Shown here piece by piece: positions 27,081 through 35,908 of a stretch of 64,000 bases of DNA. The translations under genes and the position numbers were made by a program. The DNA is from Bacteroidales bacterium (GTDB lineage Bacteria; Bacteroidota; Bacteroidia; Bacteroidales; WCHB1-69): NCBI GenBank assembly GCA_017549765.1, contig JAFYNM010000029.1, forward strand, positions 93,720-157,719, written 5' to 3'. The notes beneath the pieces were generated by a model. That model worked only from the letters and a program-made list of their open reading frames with translations, was not told the origin of the DNA and ran no database searches. Position 1 is the stretch's first letter. Each line of letters opens with the position of its first letter.

Positions 27081-27874
27081 GACATGGACTTTTTCAGAGT
27101 TTTTACATCTGCACATATCTGGTTCAGGTTCAGCGAGTAGCCATTGTCTTGACGGCTGAACAGTGCCAGAAACTCCACATTCTTGTGTACTTCTGCCAGC
27201 GTGGAGACGGTGAGGTTGTTCAGGTGGAAATGCTGGTTGAGGGCCTCGTTGACCACCTTCTGGATGGCAATCTTGTAGCCCTTCTCGTCTTTGACAATGC
27301 CGTTCTTGTTGAGGAATGAAGGACCTGCCTCGAACTGCGGCTTGATGAGGAGCACCATGCGGCCGTCGGGTTTCAGGAAGGGCTGGCAATACGGAAGGAT
27401 GTAGGTCAGTGAGATGAAGGAGACGTCGGAGACGATCATGTCGAAGGGCTCGTTGCCAGTCTCTTCCAAGGTCAGCTCGCGGAAGTCGCGGTTCTCGATG
27501 GAGAGCACCCGGCTGTCGGCGCGGAGCGTGTCAGCCAGCTGGCGTGTGCCCACATCGACGGCCACCACCCTACTCGCCCCATGCTGGAGCGCGCAGTCGG
27601 TGAACCCGCCCGTGGAGGCGCCAATGTCGAGGATGCGTAGGCCGGACATTGGCAGTCCGAAATCCTCGATGGCCTTCTCTAATTTCAAGCCGCCCATGCT
27701 GACATATTTATTGTAGATATCGATAACCTCTACCTCCATGGCATCGCTGATGTCCATAGAGGATTTGGTGACCACCTGGCCGTTCACCTTGACTGTCTGG
27801 TGCTTGATGGCCGCCTGGGCCTTCTCGCGCGACGGGAAATGGCCGTTATCTACAAGATACTTGTCTAAGCGCAT
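27077..27874 (-). CDS. tlyA: TlyA-family 16S/23S rRNA (cytidine-2'-O)-methyltransferase
   Basis: 265 aa. S4-like N-terminus MRLDKYLVDNGHFPSREKAQAAIKHQTVKVNG. SAM-binding motif LDIGASTGGFTDC. Confidence 0.9.
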   Translation of the reverse strand: MRLDKYLVDNGHFPSREKAQAAIKHQTVKVNGQVVTKSSMDISDAMEVEVIDIYNKYVSMGGLKLEKAIEDFGLPMSGLRILDIGASTGGFTDCALQHGASRVVAVDVGTRQLADTLRADSRVLSIENRDFRELTLEETGNEPFDMIVSDVSFISLTYILPYCQPFLKPDGRMVLLIKPQFEAGPSFLNKNGIVKDEKGYKIAIQKVVNEALNQHFHLNNLTVSTLAEVHKNVEFLALFSRQDNGYSLNLNQICADVKTLKKSMS

Positions 27875-27886
27875 GGCCGTGATGTG

Positions 27887-28378
27887 TTAGCGAAGACGGT
27901 CTGCGCTTCTGACCAACGCCTCATCCTTTTTGATGAACTTGTTGGCGAAGTAGAGGCATACGGCTTCCACGCCAATCAAGATGATCAGGAGGATCTGGTT
28001 GGCAAAATGGAATCCGGTGATCGTCTCACCGCGAACAGAGAAAAACTTCTTGATGATGATGTCCGGACAGATCCAGAGCATCAGCAACAGGGCGATGAGA
28101 TACACGATCATCGTGATAGAGACGATGTTGCTTTGGCGGACACGGTTTTTGTAGGTGAACAGTGCGATGGCGCAGAGGATGGAACAGACGCACAGGGTGA
28201 AAGCCAGATAGTAAAGGCGCAACACTGCGATGCCGTCCGGGATGTTCATCTTCACGCAAAGGGAGTTATAGATATATTGTGCATTGGCAGTATCGAAGAT
28301 GCCAATGGGGAGTATGATCAAAACGATAGGGATAATGATGCCTACCAACAGGAAAAGGGATTGGATTCTTTGAATCAT
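27887..28378 (-). CDS. DUF4293 family membrane protein
   Basis: 163 aa. The MIQRIQSLFLL N-terminus and four or five TM spans are characteristic of DUF4293. Confidence 0.7.
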   Translation of the reverse strand: MIQRIQSLFLLVGIIIPIVLIILPIGIFDTANAQYIYNSLCVKMNIPDGIAVLRLYYLAFTLCVCSILCAIALFTYKNRVRQSNIVSITMIVYLIALLLMLWICPDIIIKKFFSVRGETITGFHFANQILLIILIGVEAVCLYFANKFIKKDEALVRSADRLR

Positions 28379-28405
28379 GATAGATGTTTTTTTAGTAAAT
28401 GATGG

Positions 28406-29011
28406 TTACTCTTTGTTGCCGACGGTCTTGCTCAAGATGAAGGGCGGGAATTTCTGCATCTTCTTGCCCACCGAGAACTTCGGCGAGAATTTGATTTTGA
28501 CGTTGGATGGGTCTCCGTTGCCATAGTCTTTGAGGTTCTTGGCGAATTTTACCAAACTGTTGAGCTCGCCCTCCTGGTTTTTGAGAATCTTCACCAGATC
28601 GACCGCAATGGGCACTTTGATTTGGGTGACAGTGTTGGGTCTGATGATGAAGGAGTTGTCTTCGGAGGAGCCGGTGGCCACGGAGGCGTTGTCGATGAGC
28701 AGCTCGTAGTCGTAGGCGATCATCTTGGCATCGCGCGGGGTGCTGTTCTTGACGTTGACCTTGATATTGCATCCCACCTTGAAGTCTTTGTTCTTGATGG
28801 CAGTGGCTGCATTCTTGAGGTCGTTGAGGCTCAGGTCGGAGACGCTCTTGATATTGCTCAAGTTGACGCCTGCCCAGGAGATGTCGGTGATGCCGTCCAT
28901 GTCGAAGGAGCAGCGCAGCAGGTTGACCACTTTGGAGAGCCCGCAGCTACTGACGGCCACGGCGACACAGATCATGGTGATGTAGATAAAGCTTTTGCGG
29001 ATTTTTTTCAT
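28406..29011 (-). CDS. Lipoprotein of unknown function (possibly LEA_2/NDR1-like beta-sandwich)
   Basis: 201 aa. Lipobox AVAVSSC. No catalytic motif recognised. The fold suggestion is weak. Confidence 0.55.
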   Translation of the reverse strand: MKKIRKSFIYITMICVAVAVSSCGLSKVVNLLRCSFDMDGITDISWAGVNLSNIKSVSDLSLNDLKNAATAIKNKDFKVGCNIKVNVKNSTPRDAKMIAYDYELLIDNASVATGSSEDNSFIIRPNTVTQIKVPIAVDLVKILKNQEGELNSLVKFAKNLKDYGNGDPSNVKIKFSPKFSVGKKMQKFPPFILSKTVGNKE

Positions 29012-29021
29012 TGTTTCAGAT

Positions 29022-29678
29022 TTAAGGATTTATGAGACGGCCGTCTTGCAGCTGTATCTTGCAGTCTGACAGGGCGGCGAGTTCTTCATTGTGGGTGACG
29101 ATGACGAAAGTCTGGTGGAACTGGTCGCGCAGTTCAAAGAAGAGCTGGTGCAGTTTGCGGGCGTTATCGGTGTCGAGGTTGCCGGAGGGCTCGTCGGCGA
29201 GGATGATCTCGGGTTTGTTGACGAGGGCGCGGGCCACGGCGACACGCTGCTGTTCGCCGCCGGAGAGTTCCGCCGGCTTGTGGGTCATCCTGTCTTGGAG
29301 GTGCAGGAAGGCGAGCAGCTCCTCGGCCCGTGCCAATGCCTCCTTCTTGGAGAGTCCCGCAATCATGGCCGGCAGGGCCACATTCTCCGCGGCCGTGAAC
29401 TCCGGCAGCAGATGGTGGAACTGGAAGACGAAGCCGATATGGCGGTTGCGGAAGTCGGAGAGCTCCTGGTCGCGCAGCTTGTTGATGACAGTGTCCTGGA
29501 TGACGACCGTCCCGCTGTCGGCACGGTCCAGCGTGCCCATGATGTGCAACAAGGTGGACTTGCCCGCCCCGGAAGGGCCGACAATAGAGACCACCTTGCT
29601 GTCCTCAATGGAAAGAGTTATGTCCTTCAGCACATGGAGAGGGCCATAACTCTTGTTGACATGTTGTACTTGGATCAT
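29022..29678 (-). CDS. lolD: ABC transporter ATP-binding protein, LolD/MacB-type
   Basis: 218 aa. Walker [12 protein letters not shown], signature [15 protein letters not shown], Walker [12 protein letters not shown]. Its ATG (29678-29676) overlaps the etfA stop by 1 nt (TAATG). Confidence 0.85.
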   Translation of the reverse strand: MIQVQHVNKSYGPLHVLKDITLSIEDSKVVSIVGPSGAGKSTLLHIMGTLDRADSGTVVIQDTVINKLRDQELSDFRNRHIGFVFQFHHLLPEFTAAENVALPAMIAGLSKKEALARAEELLAFLHLQDRMTHKPAELSGGEQQRVAVARALVNKPEIILADEPSGNLDTDNARKLHQLFFELRDQFHQTFVIVTHNEELAALSDCKIQLQDGRLINP

Positions 29679-30682
29679 TATTTCTGGATTTCCTTAGCCA
29701 GACGTGCAGTCAACATCGGCACTATCTTGTGGAGATCGCCCACGATGCCCAGGTCGGCGACGCCGAAGATGGGGGCGAACTTATCCTTGTTGATGGCGAT
29801 GATGTAGTCAGACTCTTCCATGCCGGCGAGGTGCTGGATGGCACCGCTGATACCGCAGGCCATGTAGAGGTTGGGACGCACCGTCTTGCCGGTCTGGCCG
29901 ACCTGCAGGTTGTGGTCCATGACGCCGGCATCCACCATGGCACGGGAGGAAGCCACCTGGCCGCCCAACACGTCGGCGAGCTCGCGCAGCTTGTCAAAGC
30001 CCTGCGTGTTGCCTACGCCACGGCCGCCGGAGACGAGCACCTTGGCCTCGGTGATATCGACACAGTCCTTGCACTCCTTGACGGTCTTCACCAAGCGTAC
30101 TTTGAAACGGCTGCTGTCGAAGGTCGGCTTGAAGTCGGTGACACTGCCCGTACGGGAAGCGTCGGGAGCCATCTTCTGCATCACGCCCGGGCGTACCGTG
30201 CTCATCTGCGGACGATGCTCGGTGTTCAAGATCGTGGCCATCAGGTTGCCGCCGAAGGCGGGACGCGTGCTGGCCAGCTGCTTGTCCTCCGTAATCTCCA
30301 ACTTGGTGCAGTCGGCGGTGAGACCCGTGTTCAGACGGGCTGCCAAGCGCGGCGCCAAGTCACGACCGATGGTGGAGGCACCAATCAGCATCATGTTGGG
30401 CAGGTAATGGGACACCACCTGGAAGAGTGCCTGCGTGTATTGCTCCGTGAGATAGTCCTTCAGCTCGGGCTCATCCACACAGATAACCTCATCGGCACCA
30501 TATTGAATCAGCATGGAGGCCTTGTCTTTGACTTGATAGCCCAACAAGACGGCCACCACCTTCTCGTTCAGATCCTGGGAGAGCTTATGGGCTTCTCCTA
30601 ACAGCTCCAAAGCGACGGATTGGATGTTGCCTTCGCGCTGTTCTGCGAAGACGAAGATATTTTTATAGTCAGATTTTTCCAT
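29678..30682 (-). CDS. etfA: Electron transfer flavoprotein, alpha subunit
   Basis: The track ORF (396 aa) is extended across etfB. ATG 30682 gives [31 protein letters not shown]. The C-terminal FAD-binding part includes [12 protein letters not shown]. Confidence 0.92.
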   Translation of the reverse strand: MEKSDYKNIFVFAEQREGNIQSVALELLGEAHKLSQDLNEKVVAVLLGYQVKDKASMLIQYGADEVICVDEPELKDYLTEQYTQALFQVVSHYLPNMMLIGASTIGRDLAPRLAARLNTGLTADCTKLEITEDKQLASTRPAFGGNLMATILNTEHRPQMSTVRPGVMQKMAPDASRTGSVTDFKPTFDSSRFKVRLVKTVKECKDCVDITEAKVLVSGGRGVGNTQGFDKLRELADVLGGQVASSRAMVDAGVMDHNLQVGQTGKTVRPNLYMACGISGAIQHLAGMEESDYIIAINKDKFAPIFGVADLGIVGDLHKIVPMLTARLAKEIQK

Positions 30683-30690
30683 AGCAATCG

Positions 30691-31473
30691 TTAAATAATG
30701 TGTTTCTCTTTCAGTTTGTTGACGATGATTTCGACAGCCTCTTCGGGATCTACTTCGAAGACCTCGCCTGCACCCTTCTGAGGCTTGGTGAAGGACTTCT
30801 TGACGCGTGTCGGGGAGCCGGAGAGTCCCAGACGTTTCTCGTCCACATCGAGTTTGTCGGCACCCCACACTTCCACCTCTTTGTCGTATGCTTCCATGAT
30901 GCCCTTGACGGTCATGTAGCGCGGTTTGATGGCGGAAGAGAGGACGGTGAGCACGCAGGGGGTCTCCACCTCGAGTACCTGATAGCCGTCTTCCAACTCT
31001 TTGGTCAGAGTGAGGAGTTTGTTGCCATCATATTCGAGGTTGGTCACGTAGGTCACCTGCGGCAGGTCGAGGTGCTGAGCCAGAGACACGGGGGTCTGGG
31101 CGGTGTCGCCGTCTATGGCCTGGCGTCCGGAGAGGATCAGGTCGTAGTCGAGCATGCGCATGGCGCCGGAGAGCGCGTAGGAAGTGGCCAAGGTATCGGC
31201 ACCGGCGAATTTGCGGTCAGAGAGCAGGATGGCGCGGTCGGCGCCCATAGCGAAGGCCTCGCGGCAGATGGCGTCGGCTTGCGGAGGACCCATCGTGATG
31301 ACGGTCACATGTGCGCCGTACTGGTCTTTCAGACGCAGGGCCAGCTCCAGAGCGGAGGCATCGTCGGGATTCAGAATGCTGGGCACTCCGTCGCGGATGA
31401 GCGTACCCGTCTCCGGATTGATTTTAATAACATTGGTATTCGGAACCTGTTTTATCGTTACAATAATATTCAT
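30691..31473 (-). CDS. etfB: Electron transfer flavoprotein, beta subunit
   Basis: 260 aa. MNIIVTIKQVPNT ... INPDDASALELALRL ... typical EtfB. Confidence 0.92.
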   Translation of the reverse strand: MNIIVTIKQVPNTNVIKINPETGTLIRDGVPSILNPDDASALELALRLKDQYGAHVTVITMGPPQADAICREAFAMGADRAILLSDRKFAGADTLATSYALSGAMRMLDYDLILSGRQAIDGDTAQTPVSLAQHLDLPQVTYVTNLEYDGNKLLTLTKELEDGYQVLEVETPCVLTVLSSAIKPRYMTVKGIMEAYDKEVEVWGADKLDVDEKRLGLSGSPTRVKKSFTKPQKGAGEVFEVDPEEAVEIIVNKLKEKHII

Positions 31474-31487
31474 AAGTCTCTAAGTTT

Positions 31488-32627
31488 TTATTTGAACAAT
31501 TTACCGGCGATCACCATTCTCTGGACCTCGGAGGTGCCTTCGTAGATCTCGGTGATCTTGGCGTCGCGCATCATACGTTCGATTTCATACTCGCGGGTGT
31601 AGCCGTAGCCACCGTGGAACTGCACGCACTTGGTGGTCGTCTCCATCGCGGTCTCGGCGCAATAGAGCTTGGCCATGGCAGCATCCACCGTGTAGGGCTG
31701 CTTGTTGTCTTTCTTCCAGGCAGCCTGGCGTACGAGCAGACGGGCGGCCTGCACTTTGGTCTCCAGGTTGGCCATCTGGAACTGGGTGTTCTGGAAGGCG
31801 CTGATGGAGCGGCCGAACTGCTTACGTTCCTTGGTGTATTTGACGGTCACGTCAAGGGCGCCCTGGGCGATGCCCAATGCCTGAGCGGCGATACCGATAC
31901 GGCCGCCGTCGAGGGTCATCATGGCGATCTTGAATCCCTTGCCGAGGTCTCCCAACAGGTTCTCCTTCGGGATGCGGCAGTTTTCAAAGATCAGCTCGCA
32001 GGTGGCGGAGCCGCGGATACCCATTTTCATCTCCTTCTTGCCGATGGAGAAGCCGGGGGTGTCCTTCTCCACGATGAAGGCGGAGATGCCACGGGTGCCT
32101 TGTGATTTGTCGGTCATAGCCATCACGACATAGACGTGGGCGTAGCCGGCGTTGGTGATGAATATCTTGGAGCCGTTGAGGACCCACTCGTCACCGTCCA
32201 GCACGGCGGTCGTCTGCTGCATGGCAGCGTCGGTGCCGGCGTTGGGTTCGGTAAGACCGAAGGCGCCGATCCACTCGCCAGAGGCAAGCTTGGGCAGATA
32301 TTTCATCTTCTGGTCTTCGGTGCCAAATTCCAGAATGGGGTTCATACAGAGGGAGGTGTGGGCGCTGACCACCACGGCAGTGGTGGCACATACCTTGGCC
32401 AGCTCCTCTACAGCCATAATATACATCTGGTTGGTGCCGCCCTGACCACCATATTGGGTCGGGATCGGGATGCCCATGATACCAATCTTGGCCATCTTCT
32501 CCACCGTCTCGGCAGGGAAACGCTCCTGCTCATCTATTTCAGCAGCCAAAGGCTTCACTTCCTCTTCCGCAAACTTACGGATCATCTGCAAGAAGAGTTC
32601 TTCTTTCTTGTTTAAACTAAAATCCAT
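31488..32627 (-). CDS. bcd: Short-chain acyl-CoA (butyryl-CoA) dehydrogenase
   Basis: 379 aa. Acyl-CoA dehydrogenase signatures GAFGLTEPNAGTD and QFHGGYGYTREYEIERMMRDAKITEIYEGTSEVQ. Adjacent to etfBA. Confidence 0.9.
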   Translation of the reverse strand: MDFSLNKKEELFLQMIRKFAEEEVKPLAAEIDEQERFPAETVEKMAKIGIMGIPIPTQYGGQGGTNQMYIMAVEELAKVCATTAVVVSAHTSLCMNPILEFGTEDQKMKYLPKLASGEWIGAFGLTEPNAGTDAAMQQTTAVLDGDEWVLNGSKIFITNAGYAHVYVVMAMTDKSQGTRGISAFIVEKDTPGFSIGKKEMKMGIRGSATCELIFENCRIPKENLLGDLGKGFKIAMMTLDGGRIGIAAQALGIAQGALDVTVKYTKERKQFGRSISAFQNTQFQMANLETKVQAARLLVRQAAWKKDNKQPYTVDAAMAKLYCAETAMETTTKCVQFHGGYGYTREYEIERMMRDAKITEIYEGTSEVQRMVIAGKLFK

Positions 32628-32643
32628 TGTGTAATTGTATTAA

Positions 32644-32673
32644 TTCTAACTAAAAACTTCTAACTACTAACTA
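32644..32673. repeat. Short repeat cluster TTCTAACT / CTAACTA
   Basis: Lies in the 51-nt spacer between the CoA-transferase B gene and bcd. TTCTAACT occurs at 32644 and 32658; CTAACTA at 32646, 32660 and 32667 (the last two in tandem). Confidence 0.7.
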
Positions 32674-32678
32674 CCCTA

Positions 32679-33338
32679 TTAGTCGATTTCCATCGGCTTG
32701 AGGTCGGGAGAGACGATGAAGTCGGCCTCGGTGGCAGCCTTCACGTCCTCGACGGTGAACTCGGGATAGAGCTCCGTGAGGGTCAGGCCTTCGGGTTTGA
32801 ACTCCATGACACACATCTCGGTGATGATCATGTTGACCTTTCCTTTGGCAGTCAGGGGCAGGTTGCATTTATGCAGGATCTTGGGTGCGCCCTTCTGGGT
32901 GTGGATCATGGCGATGATCACGCGGGCGTTGGTCAGCAGGTCCATAGCGCCACCCATACCGGCGACCAGCTTGCCGGGAACCATCCAGTTGGCCAAGTCG
33001 GCGTTTTCATCCACCTGCATGGCGCCCAAGACGGTAGCGTCCACATGGCCGCCTCTGATCAATGCGAAAGAGTCGGCAGAGCTGAAGGATGCCGCACCAG
33101 GTTGTGCGGTGATATAGCCGCCGCCGGAGTTGGTCAAGAACGGATCCTCCTTGCCCTCTTCGGGGGTGGGACCGAATCCCAACATGCCGTTCTCCGTTTG
33201 CAAGATCACATGCACGTCTTTCGGTAAATAATTGACTGCCATGGTGGGAAGACCAATACCAAGGTTCACCACATCGCCGTCGTGCAACTCTTTAGCCACA
33301 CGTTTGGCGATAATTTGCTGCATTTGTTGTTTATCCAT
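32679..33338 (-). CDS. 3-oxoacid / acetate CoA-transferase, subunit B
   Basis: 219 aa. VVNLGIGLPT and the catalytic-Glu motif QTENGMLGFGP are typical of AtoA/ScoB/CtfB beta subunits. Confidence 0.88.
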   Translation of the reverse strand: MDKQQMQQIIAKRVAKELHDGDVVNLGIGLPTMAVNYLPKDVHVILQTENGMLGFGPTPEEGKEDPFLTNSGGGYITAQPGAASFSSADSFALIRGGHVDATVLGAMQVDENADLANWMVPGKLVAGMGGAMDLLTNARVIIAMIHTQKGAPKILHKCNLPLTAKGKVNMIITEMCVMEFKPEGLTLTELYPEFTVEDVKAATEADFIVSPDLKPMEID

Positions 33339-33381
33339 ATCTTTAAGTTTTAATAAAAATTATCCTTATAAAATAAGCGGG

Positions 33382-33410
33382 GCAAAGATACAAAAAATGT
33401 TTATCTTTGC
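33382..33410. promoter_or_regulatory. Back-to-back divergent -7 boxes forming a perfect 9-bp inverted repeat
   Basis: GCAAAGATA (33382-33390), 11 nt, TATCTTTGC (33402-33410). Read outward, each arm is the consensus box TATCTTTG. The minus box is 44 nt from ATG 33338 and the plus box 97 nt from ATG 33507. Confidence 0.5.
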
Positions 33411-33506
33411 ACCCGACTTTTTTCACGAATCGAAAAAGGACGCGATTCTCACTGGAAAATGTCGATGTTTTTTCGCTAAGTTATTATAAGTCCGAATAAA
33501 AACTTT

Positions 33507-34301
33507 ATGGAACAGACCCACACACAGGAATATGAATTTTTAAAGGTCAACAGAGAGGACCGGATTGCCGTGGTCGCCATCTCCGCACCGAAGTCATTAA
33601 ATGCGCTGAACTCTGTCATCATTGGCGAGCTGACGCACTATATCTCCAATATTGAGGAAGACATCCGGGTGCTCATTATCACGGGTGACGGGGACAAGTC
33701 CTTCGTGGCGGGTGCCGACATCTCCGAGATGGCAACGCTGGACCGCATTGGCGGGTGTGCTTTCGGGCAGGCTGGCGCCGAGCTTTTCCGCATGATCGAG
33801 ACGTTGCCGATACCCGTTATCGCGGCCGTCAACGGCTTCGCTTTGGGTGGCGGCTGCGAACTGGCCATGGCCTGCGACATCCGTCTGGCCTCCAACAGAG
33901 CCAAGTTCGGCCAGCCTGAGGTGGGCCTGGGCATTATCCCCGGCTTCTCGGGCACGGTTCGTCTTGCCCGTACCGTGGGCATGGGTCTCGCCAAGGAGAT
34001 GATCTATACGGGCAAGGTCATCCGCGCCGACGAAGCGCTGCGCATAGGTCTCGTCAATGCCATCTACGAGCCGGAATCCCTGATGGATGCCGCCATGGAG
34101 ATGGCTAAGAAGATCGCCGCCAACGCCCCCATCGCCGTGCGCTACTCCAAGACCTGCATCAACCAGGAATGGGACATGCCTGCCGAAACCGCCATCGAGT
34201 TCGAGACCGAATACTTCGGCAGGTGCTTCGACACCGAAGACCAGAAAGAGGGCATGCAGGCGTTTCTGAACAAGACCCCTGTGGAGTTTAAAAATCGATA
34301 A
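33507..34301 (+). CDS. crt: Enoyl-CoA hydratase (crotonase)
   Basis: 264 aa. FVAGADISEM and GGGCELAMACDIR crotonase-fold motifs. Confidence 0.9.
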   Translation: MEQTHTQEYEFLKVNREDRIAVVAISAPKSLNALNSVIIGELTHYISNIEEDIRVLIITGDGDKSFVAGADISEMATLDRIGGCAFGQAGAELFRMIETLPIPVIAAVNGFALGGGCELAMACDIRLASNRAKFGQPEVGLGIIPGFSGTVRLARTVGMGLAKEMIYTGKVIRADEALRIGLVNAIYEPESLMDAAMEMAKKIAANAPIAVRYSKTCINQEWDMPAETAIEFETEYFGRCFDTEDQKEGMQAFLNKTPVEFKNR

Positions 34302-34310
34302 AACAACAGA

Positions 34311-34338
34311 TCACTGATCACTGTTCACTGATCACTAA
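34311..34338. repeat. Heptamer tandem repeat (TCACTGA/TCACTGT/TCACTAA) x4
   Basis: TCACTGA TCACTGT TCACTGA TCACTAA, starting 10 nt after the crt stop in the crt-hbd spacer. Confidence 0.8.
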
Positions 34339-34364
34339 CTTAATCACATAAAAATAATTACAGT

Positions 34365-35201
34365 ATGAAAATTTGTGTTATTGGAACAGGTACTATGGCC
34401 AAGGGCATCGTGAAGGCTTTCGCTGCCAAGATGCCGGTCGTTATGAAAAGTAGAACCCAGGAGAGCCTCGACAAAGCCATGGGCTCCTTTGCCAAGGGAT
34501 ATGGCAAACTCGTGGAGAAGGGCAAGCTGACCCAAGAGGCCGTTGACGCCATCCTCGCCAACATCACCACCACGACCGATTACGCCACGTTTGCTGATGC
34601 AGACCTGGTGATTGAGGCCGCCGTGGAGGATATGCAGCTCAAGAAGGATGTCTTCACCGAGCTGGACAAGATCTGCAAGCCGGAGACCATCTTCGCCACC
34701 AACTCCTCTTCATTGTCCATCACGGAGATTGCTGCCTGCACCAGCCGTCCGAGCCAGTTCATCGGCATGCACTTCTTCAACCCTGCCGACAGAATGGCAT
34801 TGGTGGAAGTCATCAAAGGACAGAAGACCTCCGATGAGGTGTGCAACCTGATCGTGGATCTGGCCACCTCCATTGGCAAGACCCCGGTATTGGTGAATGA
34901 GGCTCCCGGTTTCGTGGTGAACCGCATCCTCATCCCGATGATCAACGAGGCTGTGGGCATCCTGGCCGACGGCATCGCTTCCGCCGAGGACATCGACAAG
35001 TGCATGATGTTGGGTGCCAACCATCCGATGGGCCCGCTCGCCTTGGCCGACCTGATCGGCAACGATGTGAACCTCGCCATCATGGAGGTTCTGTACAACG
35101 AGTTCGGCGATCCGAAATACCGTCCGCATCCGCTGCTCCGCAAGATGGTGCGCGCCGGTTTGCTCGGCCGCAAGACCGGTGAAGGATTCTACAAATACTA
35201 A
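34365..35201 (+). CDS. hbd: 3-hydroxybutyryl-CoA dehydrogenase
   Basis: 278 aa. NAD-binding motif [15 protein letters not shown]. The FFNPA and GFVVNRIL motifs of 3-hydroxyacyl-CoA dehydrogenases are present. Confidence 0.92.
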   Translation: MKICVIGTGTMAKGIVKAFAAKMPVVMKSRTQESLDKAMGSFAKGYGKLVEKGKLTQEAVDAILANITTTTDYATFADADLVIEAAVEDMQLKKDVFTELDKICKPETIFATNSSSLSITEIAACTSRPSQFIGMHFFNPADRMALVEVIKGQKTSDEVCNLIVDLATSIGKTPVLVNEAPGFVVNRILIPMINEAVGILADGIASAEDIDKCMMLGANHPMGPLALADLIGNDVNLAIMEVLYNEFGDPKYRPHPLLRKMVRAGLLGRKTGEGFYKY

Positions 35202-35223
35202 TAGTATCCTTAACACCTTAACC

Positions 35224-35260
35224 AAAAATAGGATGATCCTGCTGGGTCATCCTATTTTTT
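35224..35260. terminator. Bidirectional rho-independent terminator between hbd and the convergent HTH gene
   Basis: 12-bp stem: ataggatgatcc (35228-35239) pairs with gggtcatcctat (35244-35255), loop tgct. A5 upstream and T6 downstream. Confidence 0.9.
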
Positions 35261-35279
35261 ATTACTGATAATCTGTCGG

Positions 35280-35843
35280 TTACGAGGGTCTATACTCCTC
35301 AAAACTCCTGTCTTCGTAGAAGAAGACGATCTTGACGATTTTCTTATCGCCTTGAGAATTCAATATTCGCTCGCGTTTTGGGCGTTCGGGCGCAGGATGC
35401 GATTCTGCGTTTCGGGCACGTCCGCGCGTAGCTGTCACCTTGGCCGGCGCAGGGATCACAGGAGCTTCCTCTATGACCTGTTCTACGATGGGTTCAACAA
35501 CAGGCTCGGTCACGGGTTCCTCTGCAGGAACGGTCTCTTCATCAAAAGCTTCAAAGAGGTCTGTCTGACGTAATTCCAAGTCTGACTTAGCCTGCTTAGA
35601 CGTTGGCTCAACGGGAGGCGCGGGCAACTCTTCAGACTTGATCATCTCACCCATACCCATGACCAACCATTCGGAACTGATCTCTGGGAAGGCGGTGACA
35701 ATCTTCTTGACAATATCCAAACTGGGCTGGTTACGACCATTTAATATATGCGTAAGACCAGAAGGGTTGATGCCGATCTTTTCAGCAAAACCTGATTTTG
35801 ACAATTGTGAATACTCTAATACTTGAATGATGCGATTTAGCAT
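35280..35843 (-). CDS. XRE-family helix-turn-helix DNA-binding protein with acidic/Pro-rich C-terminal half
   Basis: 187 aa. N-terminal HTH: LSKSGFAEKIGINPSGLTHILNGRNQPSLDIVKKIVTAF. Confidence 0.8.
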   Translation of the reverse strand: MLNRIIQVLEYSQLSKSGFAEKIGINPSGLTHILNGRNQPSLDIVKKIVTAFPEISSEWLVMGMGEMIKSEELPAPPVEPTSKQAKSDLELRQTDLFEAFDEETVPAEEPVTEPVVEPIVEQVIEEAPVIPAPAKVTATRGRARNAESHPAPERPKRERILNSQGDKKIVKIVFFYEDRSFEEYRPS

Positions 35844-35877
35844 ATATATTAATTTTTACATTTTACAAAATCTAGCT

Positions 35878-35908
35878 CATTGCGTTTTGCAATGACGCGG
35901 CAAAAATA
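35878..35908 (-). promoter_or_regulatory. -7 box TATTTTTG plus a palindrome at the predicted transcript start of the HTH gene
   Basis: The -7 box is the reverse complement of 35901-35908, 57 nt from ATG 35843. Immediately downstream lies CATTGC-gtttt-GCAATG (35878-35894), a perfect 6-bp inverted repeat. Confidence 0.4.

Noticed and set aside
26370-27389. 339-aa version of the DUF2461 ORF, and likewise the 396-aa version of etfA at 29678..30868
   Set aside because: The N-terminal extensions are Arg/Pro/Gln-rich and run in an alternative frame across the upstream genes (tlyA, etfB). Internal ATGs at 27080 and 30682 give canonical N-termini and tidy junctions (ATGA overlap and an 8-nt gap).
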